DNA of 64,000 nucleotides. Origin: Podarcis gaigeae (lineage: Eukaryota). Of this stretch, positions 37,740 through 50,756 are shown piece by piece. Position 1 is the first letter of the stretch, and the number at the start of each line of letters is the position of its first letter. The stretch lies in the NCBI GenBank assembly GCA_964106915.2, contig OZ066918.1, one strand, 5' to 3'. The translations under genes were made by a program, and so were the position numbers. The notes beneath the pieces are model-generated. The model was not told the DNA's origin, searched no databases, and saw only the letters and a list, made by a program, of their open reading frames with translations.

Positions 37740-40435
37740 TCTGAGTCAAGTGCCTCAGACCTCTAATTCTAAATCCCAGCACCCTGGCAGAAGGAAAGCT
37801 AAGTATCCTAGAATCTCCTGAATTCCTGATAAACCTGCTTGGACCTTCAGTACCCTTTACCCTCCTCTCCACACCTGAAACGTGAATGCAGGTTTATCCA
37901 AGCTCCGAGGCTGCCTTCTTTCCTTCTGAATCATGAACCAAACCCAGACCCATGACTGGCATGTGTGTGTGTGGGCGCACATGCATGAGACTCATGTCAC
38001 AATCATAATTCCATTAGCAAGTTTGTTTTGGAAGAATAGTATTGTTTGTTTTTAAGGCACCGACATCTAAGCAACAAACCAAACCCTTGCTATGGTTTCA
38101 ATCACATACCAGAAGAGATGAATTGTGAGGAAAAGAAATGTTTTCCCTGAACAAACTCCTCCGAAAAGTGTTTTGCCTTTGCATGCAAGCAAGAAAATGC
38201 CCTGGATAAAACAAAGTTTGCTTATTTTAGTTTCTACTCAATTACCTGTTAATGGAAAAAATCTGGCCCTACTAATAATGAGGGAGAAATGAGATCACTG
38301 TTCTTGAGGCCTGGTTTGTCAGGGACGCTTGCAACAAGAAGTGCATTTATCTGCCTTTCTATAACCCTTTTCAAGCCCCCTGGTAAAGAGCCGAAATTGA
38401 ACAGCCAGTTTAGGAGGAACTTGGAACCTGCTCCAGGCTTCGTAGGCCCTTTGGGACGAGGAAAATTATTGTTGGCAAGCCTGCCTGGCTCCAAAAGTCA
38501 ATCCAGTACCCCCCACTTGCCCATGCAGAAGCTATAGCAGCAGCAGCAGACACAGCTAAGAATTTTGTTATAATTAAATAACAGAGTGCTGATTGGCTGA
38601 CTGAAGGTGGTCTTGAAACCGGTGCTTAAGGCCTGAGAGAACAACGGCAGCTATTCATAGGAAGAGGGAGAGAGGCTCAAAAGCCGCGTGTTTCCATTCC
38701 AAACTTAGTCCCCACCTACCTAAAAATGCCAACTCACTGTGTTTTAAAACTACCACCTGCCTGGATCTTTTGTACTTGACGCATTTGAAAGTGAAGAGAG
38801 CATCTTTAAAAGGTACAATTGGGACTTGAGTGGGAAACAGCAGCCTGTTGACAAGGGAAGATAACAAAGTTATCTGGCAAAACCTGGCATCCAGCAGCAA
38901 TAAATGGGATTGTCTTGCAAATAAGATAGCGATGTTTTCTCAGTGCTTTCCTGCCTTGCTCATTGACCAGAAAAATATATATATAGGGGAAAAGGTTTGC
39001 AGCCAAACAAGACATAACACACACAGAGCCACATCTTGTAAATGCTCCACAAATATGAATAGGCTCACTAACGTTACACCACACAGCAGAGTGTGTATTT
39101 TAATCCAACTGGCTCTTGCCTGCGTGGATGACACCAAGCGGTGTTATTGACTTTGCTACAGAACCATGAAGAGTCCTGGGGCTTTGCTGCACAGAAAGCT
39201 GAATTTCCTCCAAATGAACAAGTCTAAAGAATTCCATAATTTACTATCCCACAGTCCAATATAGATATATAGATATATATATCTAGAAGCTGAGGTTCAA
39301 TCATAGTCAAATATTGTTGTCCCTTCTTCCAAAACCCATAGGTTACAGAATATATATATATATATATATATATGCACAAACACATAGAAATGCACACACT
39401 CAGTAGATTAATGGTTTTTAAACATAAAGTTGATCATGGGCAAAACATTCACCTGGATGTCCTGCACAGGTTTTGTCTCGTTTAAATGCTTTTACTATAT
39501 AGGCCAACTTAAATTCACACTTTAGTGTGCCAGCTACCTGAGACCCATGAGGCCAGGGCCGCCAGGCCACTGTACTGCAGTCACCAAGCTAAGTGAGGCA
39601 AAAGGGGCCAACTTGTTAGCACCAGCAGCTTCACATCCAATAGCAATTGATCTCTTTGGCTTGCTGCAGGAGGAAAGAAAGAGGGCGGCTTTCAATTTAG
39701 AAGTAGGACTGTAACCTGGCTTCTTCATCCTCCATCAGTTTGCAGGCCAGCAGTGCTCCACAGGTCAATTGCTGGGACTGGGGCACAGGAAAACCAACAG
39801 CCCTTTCATCCAACACACTATGTTGACTATATAGAATTGATATATTAGCGCCACAGCATCCCTTATTTTTGGCATGGAAGTGGCAAGGCAATTCAGGCTG
39901 CAGAAAAAGTTCCTATGAATTCCTTTTTATTGTCAATGCCGATTAGCATAGTCAAAGAGCAATTTTTATTGCACAAACTGGGAAAATTTAAATGTACAAA
40001 ATGATATAATTACATGTTTGTATTTTACTTCTCTATGTCAACACACACACAAAGTAAGGTACCAGCCTCCTGCTCTGGGGAGAATAAAATCAGACAAAAT
40101 AGACTCTCAGTTTGTAGTAATGATTGTGAGAGGTCATGGTGTAACACACTTACACTCTGCAGCATTTAAGACACTGTGGGATCACACAATAGAGATGGAT
40201 TGGCATTGATCTGATACACAGGCAATACAAACTTGTCAATATGTTTACATTTTATTGTATTTGTGGTTTTTGGGAGTGGAAGGGAGAAAGTAAGGCAAAA
40301 TATAGAGGAAAAATACACTGCATTCTTTATCTTAAGTCAGTGGGATCTAATGGGTGGAATGCTGTTGGTTCAAACTGTCCTCTGAGATTCTTTCCATATG
40401 GCAAAAAATGAGACTATAATAGCTACAGAAGACTA

Positions 40436-40766
40436 TCTCAAGGCAAATCTTTAAAAAGTAGTATAAACACCGACAATTGGGAATCACTGGCCTGCAAGTA
40501 TTCCAACTGGAGAACAGACTTTACCAAAGGTGTCATGGACTTTGAAGACACTCAAACTCAGGACGAAAGGGAGAAACGTGCTAAGAGGAAGGCACATTTG
40601 GCAAACCATGATCAACTCCCCCCTGGAAACCTATGTCCCCACTGTGGAACGGCATGTGGATCCAGAATTGGCCTCCACAGTCACTTGTGGACTCACTGTT
40701 AAGACTGTGTTCATGGAAGACAATCTTACTAACCTATGAATGATCGCCAAAGAAAAAAGAAGAATA
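40436..40766 (+). mobile_element. RTE-clade LINE 3' end (non-BovB)
   Basis: Degenerate INTDNWESLA..WR.. and terminal CPHCGTACGSRIGLHSHLWTHC* zinc finger, short UTR and (AAG)-like tail. Confidence 0.82.
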
Positions 40767-43700
40767 AGTCTTCTTTGTAGTTTCTGATCATGTCCTTCCA
40801 GGGTCTTACACCAGATGAAGATATCAGTTTTGTCTTTTCTGTGACCTCAAGCAATTGCATTTTTCTATGGAATGATTTGGGGGGAAACTTTAAGCCAAAT
40901 AGTAATATGAAAAAACAGCTCCTTTCAATGGTGTGTGAAGGATGTAATACCCTAGTGGGCCATCTACTCAAACTTATTAGATGGGCAAAAGGAAGTATAG
41001 AGCCAGTGTATCATCTTGCAAATCTGGGAAGCAAAGTTCATCCTGAGAATGGATACTTGCATCTATGACTCCTAGTATTAGAAGCACACAAAAATATGTG
41101 CTATTTCAAATTTTAAAAATAGGGTGGGGTGGAATTAGACACCTTGGCACAGCATGTGTAATAAAACAATATTGACTTCCTTCTTACTCTTCCTTTCCAT
41201 TCTCTTTCATCGCCTTTACCTTTCTCTTTCTTCCCATCTTACTTTCTCTTTTTTCTTTTTTCCACTTTCTAAAAAAAGCCCACATTGTACACAAGCAATT
41301 TCCACTAAGCAAAAATGCTTAATACAAAACTGTAACAACTGGAGATAAGAGAGGCAGTTGTGGGACAAGAAAACAGTAGTTTGTAATCAACACCTACTGT
41401 TAAAAAACTGGAATAAAATATGAATAATAAAGAATTTTAAAGTGCATAATCATGAACTGCAGTCTGTGAGAGGACCTGCCAAAATCCTCATGAGAAATCC
41501 AAAGTAGTGAAATAGTTTGCACCTGCCAGCACGCTCAAGATTTCTTCTCTGCTGGGAAATGGAAAAATGTTCTCTCTCTGTATAGATTTAACTGTTTGAG
41601 ATATAGACACAGATCCTTTTTCCTCCTTAGTTTTATCACCAAAGAGTAATAAAGTAATTTCCAGTAATTTGAAAGTCCACCAGTTTATCCAGTTTGCTTT
41701 TAAAGATTTGGCAATACTAGAGTAACACTAGAGTATGTATGTTTGGTCTGTTTGGTGTAGTCAGTTGTATATCATATTCCATTTTTAGTTTACCAACTCC
41801 CCTGTGAAATCAATGAAACAATTCCATGTTACCAGGTGTTTCCTCCTCCACTGAGTACATTCTTTTGATTAAGCCAAGCACTCAAATTCTAATATAGGTG
41901 GTCCATTATCCGACACGACAAACAAAATGAGCATGTTGTTTTGCAACCCATTCCAACTGAGCTACCACACTTTCAGTAATCATATTTGGTTGTGCTGCTG
42001 TGTTCGGTTTGAAATTCCCTGCAAAACTGTGCACCGCTAACAAAATATTTCAGTCCTTTGTCAAAAATGGTTGCTGTAAAGCGGAGTTTCTCTAATTTTC
42101 TATTACCAGGACCCAGTTGAAAGGGTTGGAAATTACTGGAGCCCACCAGTCACAAAATGACAGCCGGTGGAGGTGGAACACCTGGAAATTGCTGACATCA
42201 TTATCTATAATTACCTATTATTTCTCCCAGCCTACCTCTTAAAGGAGACCTATCCCCACAGTAAGTCCAACTTCTTAAGGCTGCAATCCCATGGTCCCTG
42301 TCAGCACCAGATTTAGGGTGGTGGGGGACAGTCCCCTACATAAGGCACTGAGCCAAAGGGCCACATGACAACAACAGCAACAACCTAGATTTATGTGGGT
42401 AAATATACAAGTAAACTGCACCAGAAGGAATTATTGCTCCAGGCGCCATATTACCAAAGTCCAACCATGTCTCTGTGACAGCTCTCCGTAGGCCATAGAG
42501 TAGTATGGACCTCCCTCTCTAAAAGCTGACCAGGACACTCACTCACCAAGGCATCCTCCTGTGGAAACCTCTGTAGCTGCTCCTCCTCCACTGTCAGTGC
42601 CCAGGTGGTGCAGTGGGGGGAAAGGAGGCATTCTGGGTGGATCAGGGGATACTTTGGATCCATTGGAATTCAGTCCATTCTGCTGACATAGCCCCAGAAC
42701 AGGATAGAAAGTATGCCAGCTACGGAACTTCCCAGTGGACTCAATGGGAAGACATTCTGACTCGGCTGCAAGTGATTGCCAAAGGAAAGACATTGGAACC
42801 CTTTTTGCAGTTTAATTTGTCTGCAGAAGTGACGTCAATAGATTGCCTGTTATTTTGAACACATGCTTAGGAGATATGAAGCATAACTGCTGGGGTTTTC
42901 TTTGTGAACACTATTTTTGGAACCAATTTTTCCTTCTCTAAAAAGTCTTTGAAAACAACCCCCAGATGTTATTAAACCTCTTCACTCTGAAACAAACAGA
43001 AAATGGCTGGGTACAACCCAAATCACTACCATATAAAGGATACGTGATTTTGATTTTTTTAAAAGCCAGATACTGTGTTTAATTTACTTTTTCTGGAATT
43101 CTATGACAATTGCCTTTTTATTGAATAAAAGTGTTTCTTGAGACTACACACTCATGGTTTTAAGGCAAGCTGTCTTTTGTTCATCTGATGCTTAGGCAAT
43201 GCATATTTTTTAGCTTGTTTCAAAGGGTTTGTCTGGTTTTCTTGGTGTATATGGTTACTCTGCTCCCTTAATAAACCAAGAATGAATCACAAATTAAGTG
43301 ATTATAAGAAAATAGAACTTTCTAGAGGTACCAAATCTTTTAATGGGTTCTATCTTTACAACTATGGACTTTCCACCACCACTTGATTGCTTTAAAGTGG
43401 CAAAGGAAGAGGGATATCTGCAAGGAGGTGGAAAGCTAGGGAGAGTCAATGGCAGATAGGAATGAGACTAAATTTAAAAAAGTCAGAGTCATACCCTAAT
43501 TCCATAAAACTGGGGAGAGCTATAGTTATTCTCCCCCCACCGCCTGGATCTTTCTCTCTCATCAGACAAGGACCTCATTTTATTTTAGGCATTAGAGAAA
43601 TTTCAGAAGTAGTTCATCCTGAACAGTCCTCTTTTCTCTCTTTGTCCTGGTGATAGTGGCTTATTTATATTGTCTCTGGCCCTGTCCTATCCAATGAACC

Positions 43701-45859
43701 AGTGTGTGCAACTGAACTCATTGCCAGAAAATGTGACTAAGCAATTAACTGATTGTTGCCCAATGCTTATATTTTGGATATCTATAAATGAACAGTTTAA
43801 ACAGAAGTTTGAACTAATAGCCTGGACCAGATCACTTTGTAACTGGAGCACAAGTAATGAATTTAAAATTCCCATTCACTCTCCATCATACGTTACAAAT
43901 TGCATCTGTTTATTTTATTTTAAAAGCATTTGGATTAAAAATGTAATTCATAAGTACTGTTTTGCATTTTATTTTATTTTGATATTTTAGATTTGTTGTG
44001 GTTTATGTCAGAACAAAATTTCCATTATGTGGCATAAATCAGATGTGGAGATAAAATTAGTATATATAGGAAAAATACTCCTGGTGTAAGAAACTTCTTA
44101 CAGTATTATAATATTGTTTGTTGCAAACTTTGCATGGCTCATGAAACAGAAACATGAGAGTATAAGGAGAGCAGCGTGCCGTCAAGTTCGTTTTCATTCC
44201 TCCAGTTCTCTTGCAACAACTTGACTCCACTGCAACGTTTACTCTGGTAAATGATGCCATAAGAGAAAGGCCTATCATTCAAGGATCCTATTTCCCAGAG
44301 TGGCCAACCAGATGCCTCTGGGAAGCCCTCAAGCAGATGTCAGTGCCACAGGAGATGTGAATGGCACAAACTTCACCTGACACCTAAACTACAAGTGATC
44401 TCAAAATGGCTCCTGTGCTAGGTTTCAGTTCTCTGCTGGTATGCCCCCAATATGCTTTCATTAAGACACTCGTAAGTAGGAAACCTTTGGTTCCCACTAA
44501 TCATTACATCTCCCTTTTATTATTCTCTGTATCTGATTGCCTCCCCATTGACATTGTCAGCTCAGTGTCAAAGCACTTCTCTAAAGCCCCACTGACGCTT
44601 CCCCTCCCCCAAATAAATAAATGTTTAGGGGTACTCTCATTTTCCTACTCATATTGAAATGCTGCCCCTCAATGAGGCCAAACTTAGCTTCCCAAAATAT
44701 TTAGAGATATGTGTCCCCCCAGAAAAAAACCACTGCTTGGTACTACAACCATTTCAGTTTCTCAGACCTGATACGGGAACATCTCCAATCTCACTTGTTT
44801 TGTCCATTGTGGACTTGTGACTTTTAGATAATTGTAATGCTGATAGCTAATGATAGTGTTCTCCAGATTTCCTCTGTTCCTGTGTTGACTACTGCACCAT
44901 CAGCATGAACCAAATATGATATTGATTTATATGCATTTCTTTAGTTATTTAACATTTTACACCCTTCTCCTTTAATCTCAAAGCACCTTTCAACTCAAAG
45001 CTTCATTAAAACAACAACAGTCCTAGCTTGTCCATCTTTTGCTTCAGTGTTTTATTTTCAGTTTCCTGTCTGATAGGAATATTTGCTGCTGACAAGCTTA
45101 CAAAGCTACAGAAAGTAAAGCTTACAAAGCTACAGAAGTAAAGCAGAAGAAACTTTTCCTTACTAAGCAACTCAAAGTATCGCTGAGCCTCATTGGCCCA
45201 CAGGAAGAAGAGAGACCTGCAGAAAATAAGAGTTAGCTGTAGGTGCTTGCAGAGCTATGAAAGTGGCTTCAAAACTCTAAATAATGAACAAGCCAAGTTT
45301 TGAAACCAGTTTGCTCCTGGCTTGTCCTCACAAAGTGGTTTAAACAAACAATGGTTTCCAAGTTTATATATAGACGTCAACTTGTCAAACCTGAGAGATC
45401 AATTAACTCTGGCATCAATATCTTCTGATTGACTCAGATCATAGTTGGATCTTATAGGTTAGCAGCTGTCTGTGAGTTTATTTTCTGAAACAACATTGTT
45501 TTCCCAGCTTCCATTCTAAACCCCACTACAAAATCACTGACCACTGTTGGGAAAAAACACTATTTCCCCAAGTGAACATTAGACAGGAATTTAGTCCGCT
45601 GAATGAACTGGAAAAAAACCACTAAATGTAAACTATTGGGTTGGCAAAAATTGCATTCCTGCCACACTCCCGGAATTAAGACGTGAGAGAGACTGTGAGT
45701 AGGTCAGCTATGGGTCATATAACTATTAATTTACATGTCTAATCTGCACCACTCTGGTGCAAATATGAGAGCGAGGAAACTTTAAATTGGTCAGAGTGCC
45801 AGGGCCTGTGGGTGGTATATACATTTAACAAATGAGTAAAATGTATTTGCTGTTTGGCT

Positions 45860-47020
45860 TGTGCAGGTGAGACTGTGCTAGGCTCCAACCTGTGACTGGA
45901 CAGTCAACATCAGGAAGCTTCTAGAAGGGCTGGGAGACTGCTTAATCTAAGATACTTTGAGTGGGAGATCTGGTAAGTCTGGATGGATTTCAATCTGTCC
46001 TTGATGGGGTTTACTCCCCTTGAAGGATTAAGTTTAACATTTGGTGGTGCTACTAAACACCTTGCTGGCTGGGAAACCTCAGGTGACAATGGTAGCCAGG
46101 AGTGCCTTTTACCAGCTTAGTTTGGTATGCTAATTGGAAGTCCTGACTGAAGACTTCAAATCTCACCTCAGTTTCAAACCACACCAGGCCGACTGTAATG
46201 TGCTCTGTGTAGGGCTGCCATGGAAGATGTTTCAGAAGCTTCAACAAAAAATGGCTCCCAGGCTATAGGTGAGAAGCAGGCAATCAAAATATGCCACACC
46301 AACTGCATTTCTGGGCCCCATTCACAATGCCAATTTTTACCTTTAAAGCCCCGAACACCTGCAATCCCTACAAAGATAAGGTGGGCTACATGTCTCGGGT
46401 CATTTAAGAAGGCAGCTTTTAAAGCCTGTTAGTTCTCGAACAGGTGGCGCTGTGGGTTAAAGCCTCAGCGCCTAGGACTTGCCGATTGAAAGGTCGGCGG
46501 TTCGAACCCCTGCGGCGGGGTGCGCTCCCGCTGCTCGGTCCCAGCGCCTGCCAACCTAGCAGTTCGAAAGCACCTCCGGGTGCAAGTAGATAAATAGGGA
46601 CTGCTTACCAGCGGGAAGGTAAACGGCGTTTCCTTGTGCAGCTGTGACTCGCCAGATGCAGCTTTGTCACGCTGGCCACGTGACCCGGAAGTGTCTCCAG
46701 ACAGCGCTGGCCCCTGGCCTCTTAAGTGAGATGGGCGCACAACCCCAGAGTCTGTCAAGACTGGCCCGTACGGGCAGGAGTACCTTTACCTTTACCTTTA
46801 GTTCTCAACAGCTTTTAATTTCAGATTATAAATGAGAGTAGGGATATAGCTCAGTTATTATTGTTTTGTGCTAGCCACCCCTCCCCCAATTATTATTGAT
46901 GATGACTAGGGGCTTTAAATGGTTTTATGAAAGTAGATTTGCATTTAAAAATGTTGTAAGGTGTCTTGTGGAGGGTTTTCTCAGAAAGCGGAGAATAACT
47001 CTTATAAATAAATGCATAAA
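45860..47020 (+). mobile_element. Old L2 LINE fragment hosting the Sauria SINE at 46438
   Basis: Degenerate L2 segments (tggggttttactccccttgaaggattaagtt; ggtagccaggagtgccttttaccagctt; ctgtaatgtgctctgtgtagggctgcc) and a 3' tail ending ataaataaatgcataaata. Confidence 0.62.
46438..46797 (+). mobile_element. Sauria SINE, young subfamily
   Basis: Closely similar to 30822-31181; TSD TTAGTTCTC (46429-46437, 46798-46806); (TACCTT)n tail. Confidence 0.93.
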
Positions 47021-47022
47021 TA

Positions 47023-47240
47023 CAGTGGTACCTCGGGTTACAGACACTTCAGGTTACAGACTCTGCTAACCCAGAAGTAGTACCTTGGGTTAAGAACTTT
47101 GCTTCAGGATGAGAACAAAAATCACGCGGCAGCAATGCGGCGGCGGCAGGACGCCCCATTAGCTAAAGTGGTACCTCAGGTTAAGACCAGTTTCAGGTTA
47201 AGACTGGAACGAATTAAGTTCTTAACCTGAGGTACCACTG
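47023..47240. mobile_element. Tc1/mariner (Tigger-like) MITE
   Basis: TIRs CAGTGGTACCTCGGGTTA / TAACCTGAGGTACCACTG with TA TSD on both sides. Confidence 0.9.
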
Positions 47241-50200
47241 TAAATACCTTCTGGACTCCCTACTCAAGCCCCCCCCCCATGTTGGTTGCAACCTATGGAA
47301 CAAGCCAAACAGTCTCCCCCCCCCCCTAAAATTTACTCCTCAGACCCACTACCGTCAATTGACTTAATTTGGTGACCACAGCTAGGAAATGCAGTTTGGA
47401 GGCAGCTGGTGTAACAATCTGTAACTGAGGCAGGACACCTCAGTAATCCAGCCTGATCCTCATGTGCCCCCCTTATACTGCAAAGGGTGGAAGAAATCCA
47501 GTGAGCAATGAGACGCAAAAGAGGCTTCTAATAATTTTTTTACTAAAAGTGTCTGTTAATGCCTTTTTTAGATTTCCCCTTTCCCATTATATTTTAAATG
47601 TCACCACATCTCCTTTAACTGGTGCAGAAAAACCATTCCTTTACTAGCCTTTGCTGAAGAATGACTCCTATTGCTCTGCTTCAGATAAGAGTGCATATAT
47701 TCATAGCTTAAACAAGAATCCAGGAAAGTTGAAATGCACACATCTGCTTCTTCAATTGGCAGTAAGTGGCAGAAGAGCTTCACACTACTGCAGTTAAGAC
47801 TGAATGACTCTTTTTACCACACACATACCAGAATCAGGAGAGTGGCTCAAAAGTAGGGCTGCAACCTGATTACGTTTTAACTAATCTTGTGAAGTTCAGC
47901 TGAGCAATTACATATGTGTAAATGCAGATGCAGTATACTTAAATTGAGGAGCATACTTTTGTTGTTCTTAGATAAATTGTTTCATGTAGCAGGTATCATC
48001 TTAGGAGAGGCAGTACCTCCAGTGTAAGACAGGGTGCCTCTTTTAAGATGAGGTTTGCCCTCTGCCGTTTTTAGAAGTACTTGGAATAAAAATAATTTGC
48101 CATTTGTAAAAATCTACTGCCTGGTTAATTGGGGACATCATTTAGTCGATTAAAAGGTGTGTATTGATTAATCAATTAAACACAGCAGCCCGACTCAGGT
48201 GGCATGTGCAAGATCAGCCTTAGAGATGTGGGTGAGGACAGCCCTAGTCCTTTGCATCTTAATATGATAAAATTACTCCACTGGGCAAGGCAAAAAAGGC
48301 AAGGTAGTGGAAGAGTGCAGAGTAAACAATAAACAAGTTTTTTGTGCCCCATTGGAGAAAAAAAAATGTCACTGGAGAGTTGACTTTGGGCCAGTGTGGT
48401 CCTCTGCCTGCAAAAGCTTAGCCACCCACGTAATAAATGACAAAAGAGGAACCTGGGAGCAGGGTTGGGGATAAAGTCCGGAGGCAGGTAGAAAAAGCAA
48501 AATTAAAGGATGTTGGAAGAGGATTTGGGCTGTGGACCAGCAGATAACAGGGTGGCTTTAGCTGTCTTTGCAACTTAACAACCTTAATGGGCTGAATTTC
48601 ACATAATGTTTAGAAATAACCACTATGTGAACTTAACTTTGTTCTAGTTGCACTTTTATTGGTCTCAAAGCTCCAACAAAACATGGCCACCACAATTTCC
48701 TGGCAGGGCCCTGTGCTTTTAAAAACTGTGTAGAGCAGAGGTTTATCAAGTAAAGCTTTTCCCACTTAAGAGATATAGCAAATGTTGTGCCTGCTACATT
48801 TTTGCCAGGCATACCACTATGGAAATTTAATCAAGGCACTCTGAAATCTACTTTTTTGTATAAAACGATTGATAAAACAGCAGCAGCAGCAACAACAACA
48901 ATAATAAGTATGGCATCCCTGCCAAGTAAAATGAGATAATATGAAACAAACTATACAACATAGCACAAATAGAATAATATTTGTAAAAGTATGTATGTGT
49001 GTCCAATTTATATAGGTTTGTCTGATTTAGTTTAGAGGTGATTTTTTAAATTTCATTTTGTTTTATATCCTTACTTGTTTAAGCTTTCAGTATAGGGCAG
49101 TAAGAAATATGGGACAGAAATTATTCTTCCTTGAATGTTTTAATAGTTTCTGATTGAGAGGAAAAACATGAGAGTAATACTTTTTTTATCCCACTATTCC
49201 ACTACCGTTTAATCTATTGTCGATCTGCAAAAAAAAAAGGTGCAAGACTAAGAAATTCAGATGTTCCAGTGTTTCCCTCAGTACATTTTTTGCTCTCAAA
49301 CAATATGGCAATTCTAATGTCTCAAGTACATCTTCTCTCAGCTACATGAGTTATTGGTGTTCACAGATGGCTACAAGTTGCAAAAAAGATACAGTAATCC
49401 TTTTTATTGAGAAAATAATGTCATGCAGATAATGCAACATTAAGAAGAAAACACAACATACTGCCAAGTAAAGGATATGTACATTATTCAAATGTGTGCT
49501 GTTCTCCAAACAACAGTGTCCAAAGTTGGGCAGCTCTTAGAACTGAGGAGCCACATAAGTTTTAGTTGATGGGAAAGCATGTGTCAGAAGAATTGAAATG
49601 CACATAATGTAAGCTGAATTTAGCCTACTAAGTATCTACAAATTCCTGGCTGCAATAATTCTTAGCACTGTATGTGCTTCAAATGCATTCTGTCCTTGCA
49701 GAGAAGGGAAGCTGGAGATTCCATTCAACAGGCATAGGAAGACGTATGGTTGTGCCAATAATTAAAATCCTCAAATGAATGGCAGCGGAATTCTAGAGAT
49801 GATCTTGTCTGCAAAGATGGGAGAGAGATATTTGCTCCAACTTTTTCACAACAGAATTTACTGCAGTGGGGAAGAACTGTGGGTGAAAAGGGTGTCCAAA
49901 TTTCAAAAAAAGAGAGACAGGATTCCTGAGGGACTTCTTTTCAAGAGCTGTATGGAGGAGTAGAATGGCATCATTTTTTCCTTGCAACATTGTGGGATAT
50001 TATGTACATTTCAAGAGGCACTGAAGAGCATCTCAGCATGTTTTCTCTCATTTACTTTCTCCTGCTCCTTGTAATATAAGAAAAGGGAACTCTATTCCAT
50101 CTAAGAAATATGTAAGCTCCATGTTCATCTGAAGCTTACACCTCTCCCCTTTTTGTTCTTTTGTTTGCATACTGCAAGGAACTGTGGAAAGGGGATCCTA

Positions 50201-50756
50201 GGTGTGGTTGTGCTTTCCCTCTAAGATGCTTCTTGAAACCTGCCAAGAGGCAGCTGGGTTCTTTTCAGATCTCTTACAGCAGCAGAAGCTATACCCCTTT
50301 TCAGATTATGGTTGCCCTATGCTTAGTCTAGAGCAGAGAGAACCACCATGATGGATGCCCTCCAGAGGTTGTTGCATGGCCAGTGGCCAAGATGAGAACG
50401 TAAGTTGGCTGCTCCTGGCCTAGAGGCTAAAGTATCCAAATTTAGTTCAGATTGTGTATTTTGGGTGAGACACAATCTCTCAGTGAATATTACCTATCTG
50501 TGTTTGGTGAATAAACATAGTGTCTAAATAGTCTTGAGTCAATCCTATGCTCCTCTGATCTGAAACATTATAAAATAACCTCAGGACTAGGCAGTCACAA
50601 AATACTTAGCAACCTGCCCAACCTCTATGTTGGTTTATTCAGCATTTCTTAAAGCTGCTTTTCCTGAAAGAGATAAAAACACATCCTGTCAAAAGCCTTT
50701 TTGGCGGAGGTGCTGGGGGTTAAATAAAACCTCTAGGTAAATGAGCTGCAAGTCCA

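Noticed and set aside
43330-43560. Possible further DIRS RT remnant (PLDCFKVA...MRLNLKKSESYP..IKLG)
   Set aside because: Only two short, weak motif resemblances; insufficient without a profile search.
45094-45144. 24/23-bp direct tandem duplication AAGCTTACAAAGCTACAGA(A)AGTA
   Set aside because: Ordinary local slippage duplication with no further structure.
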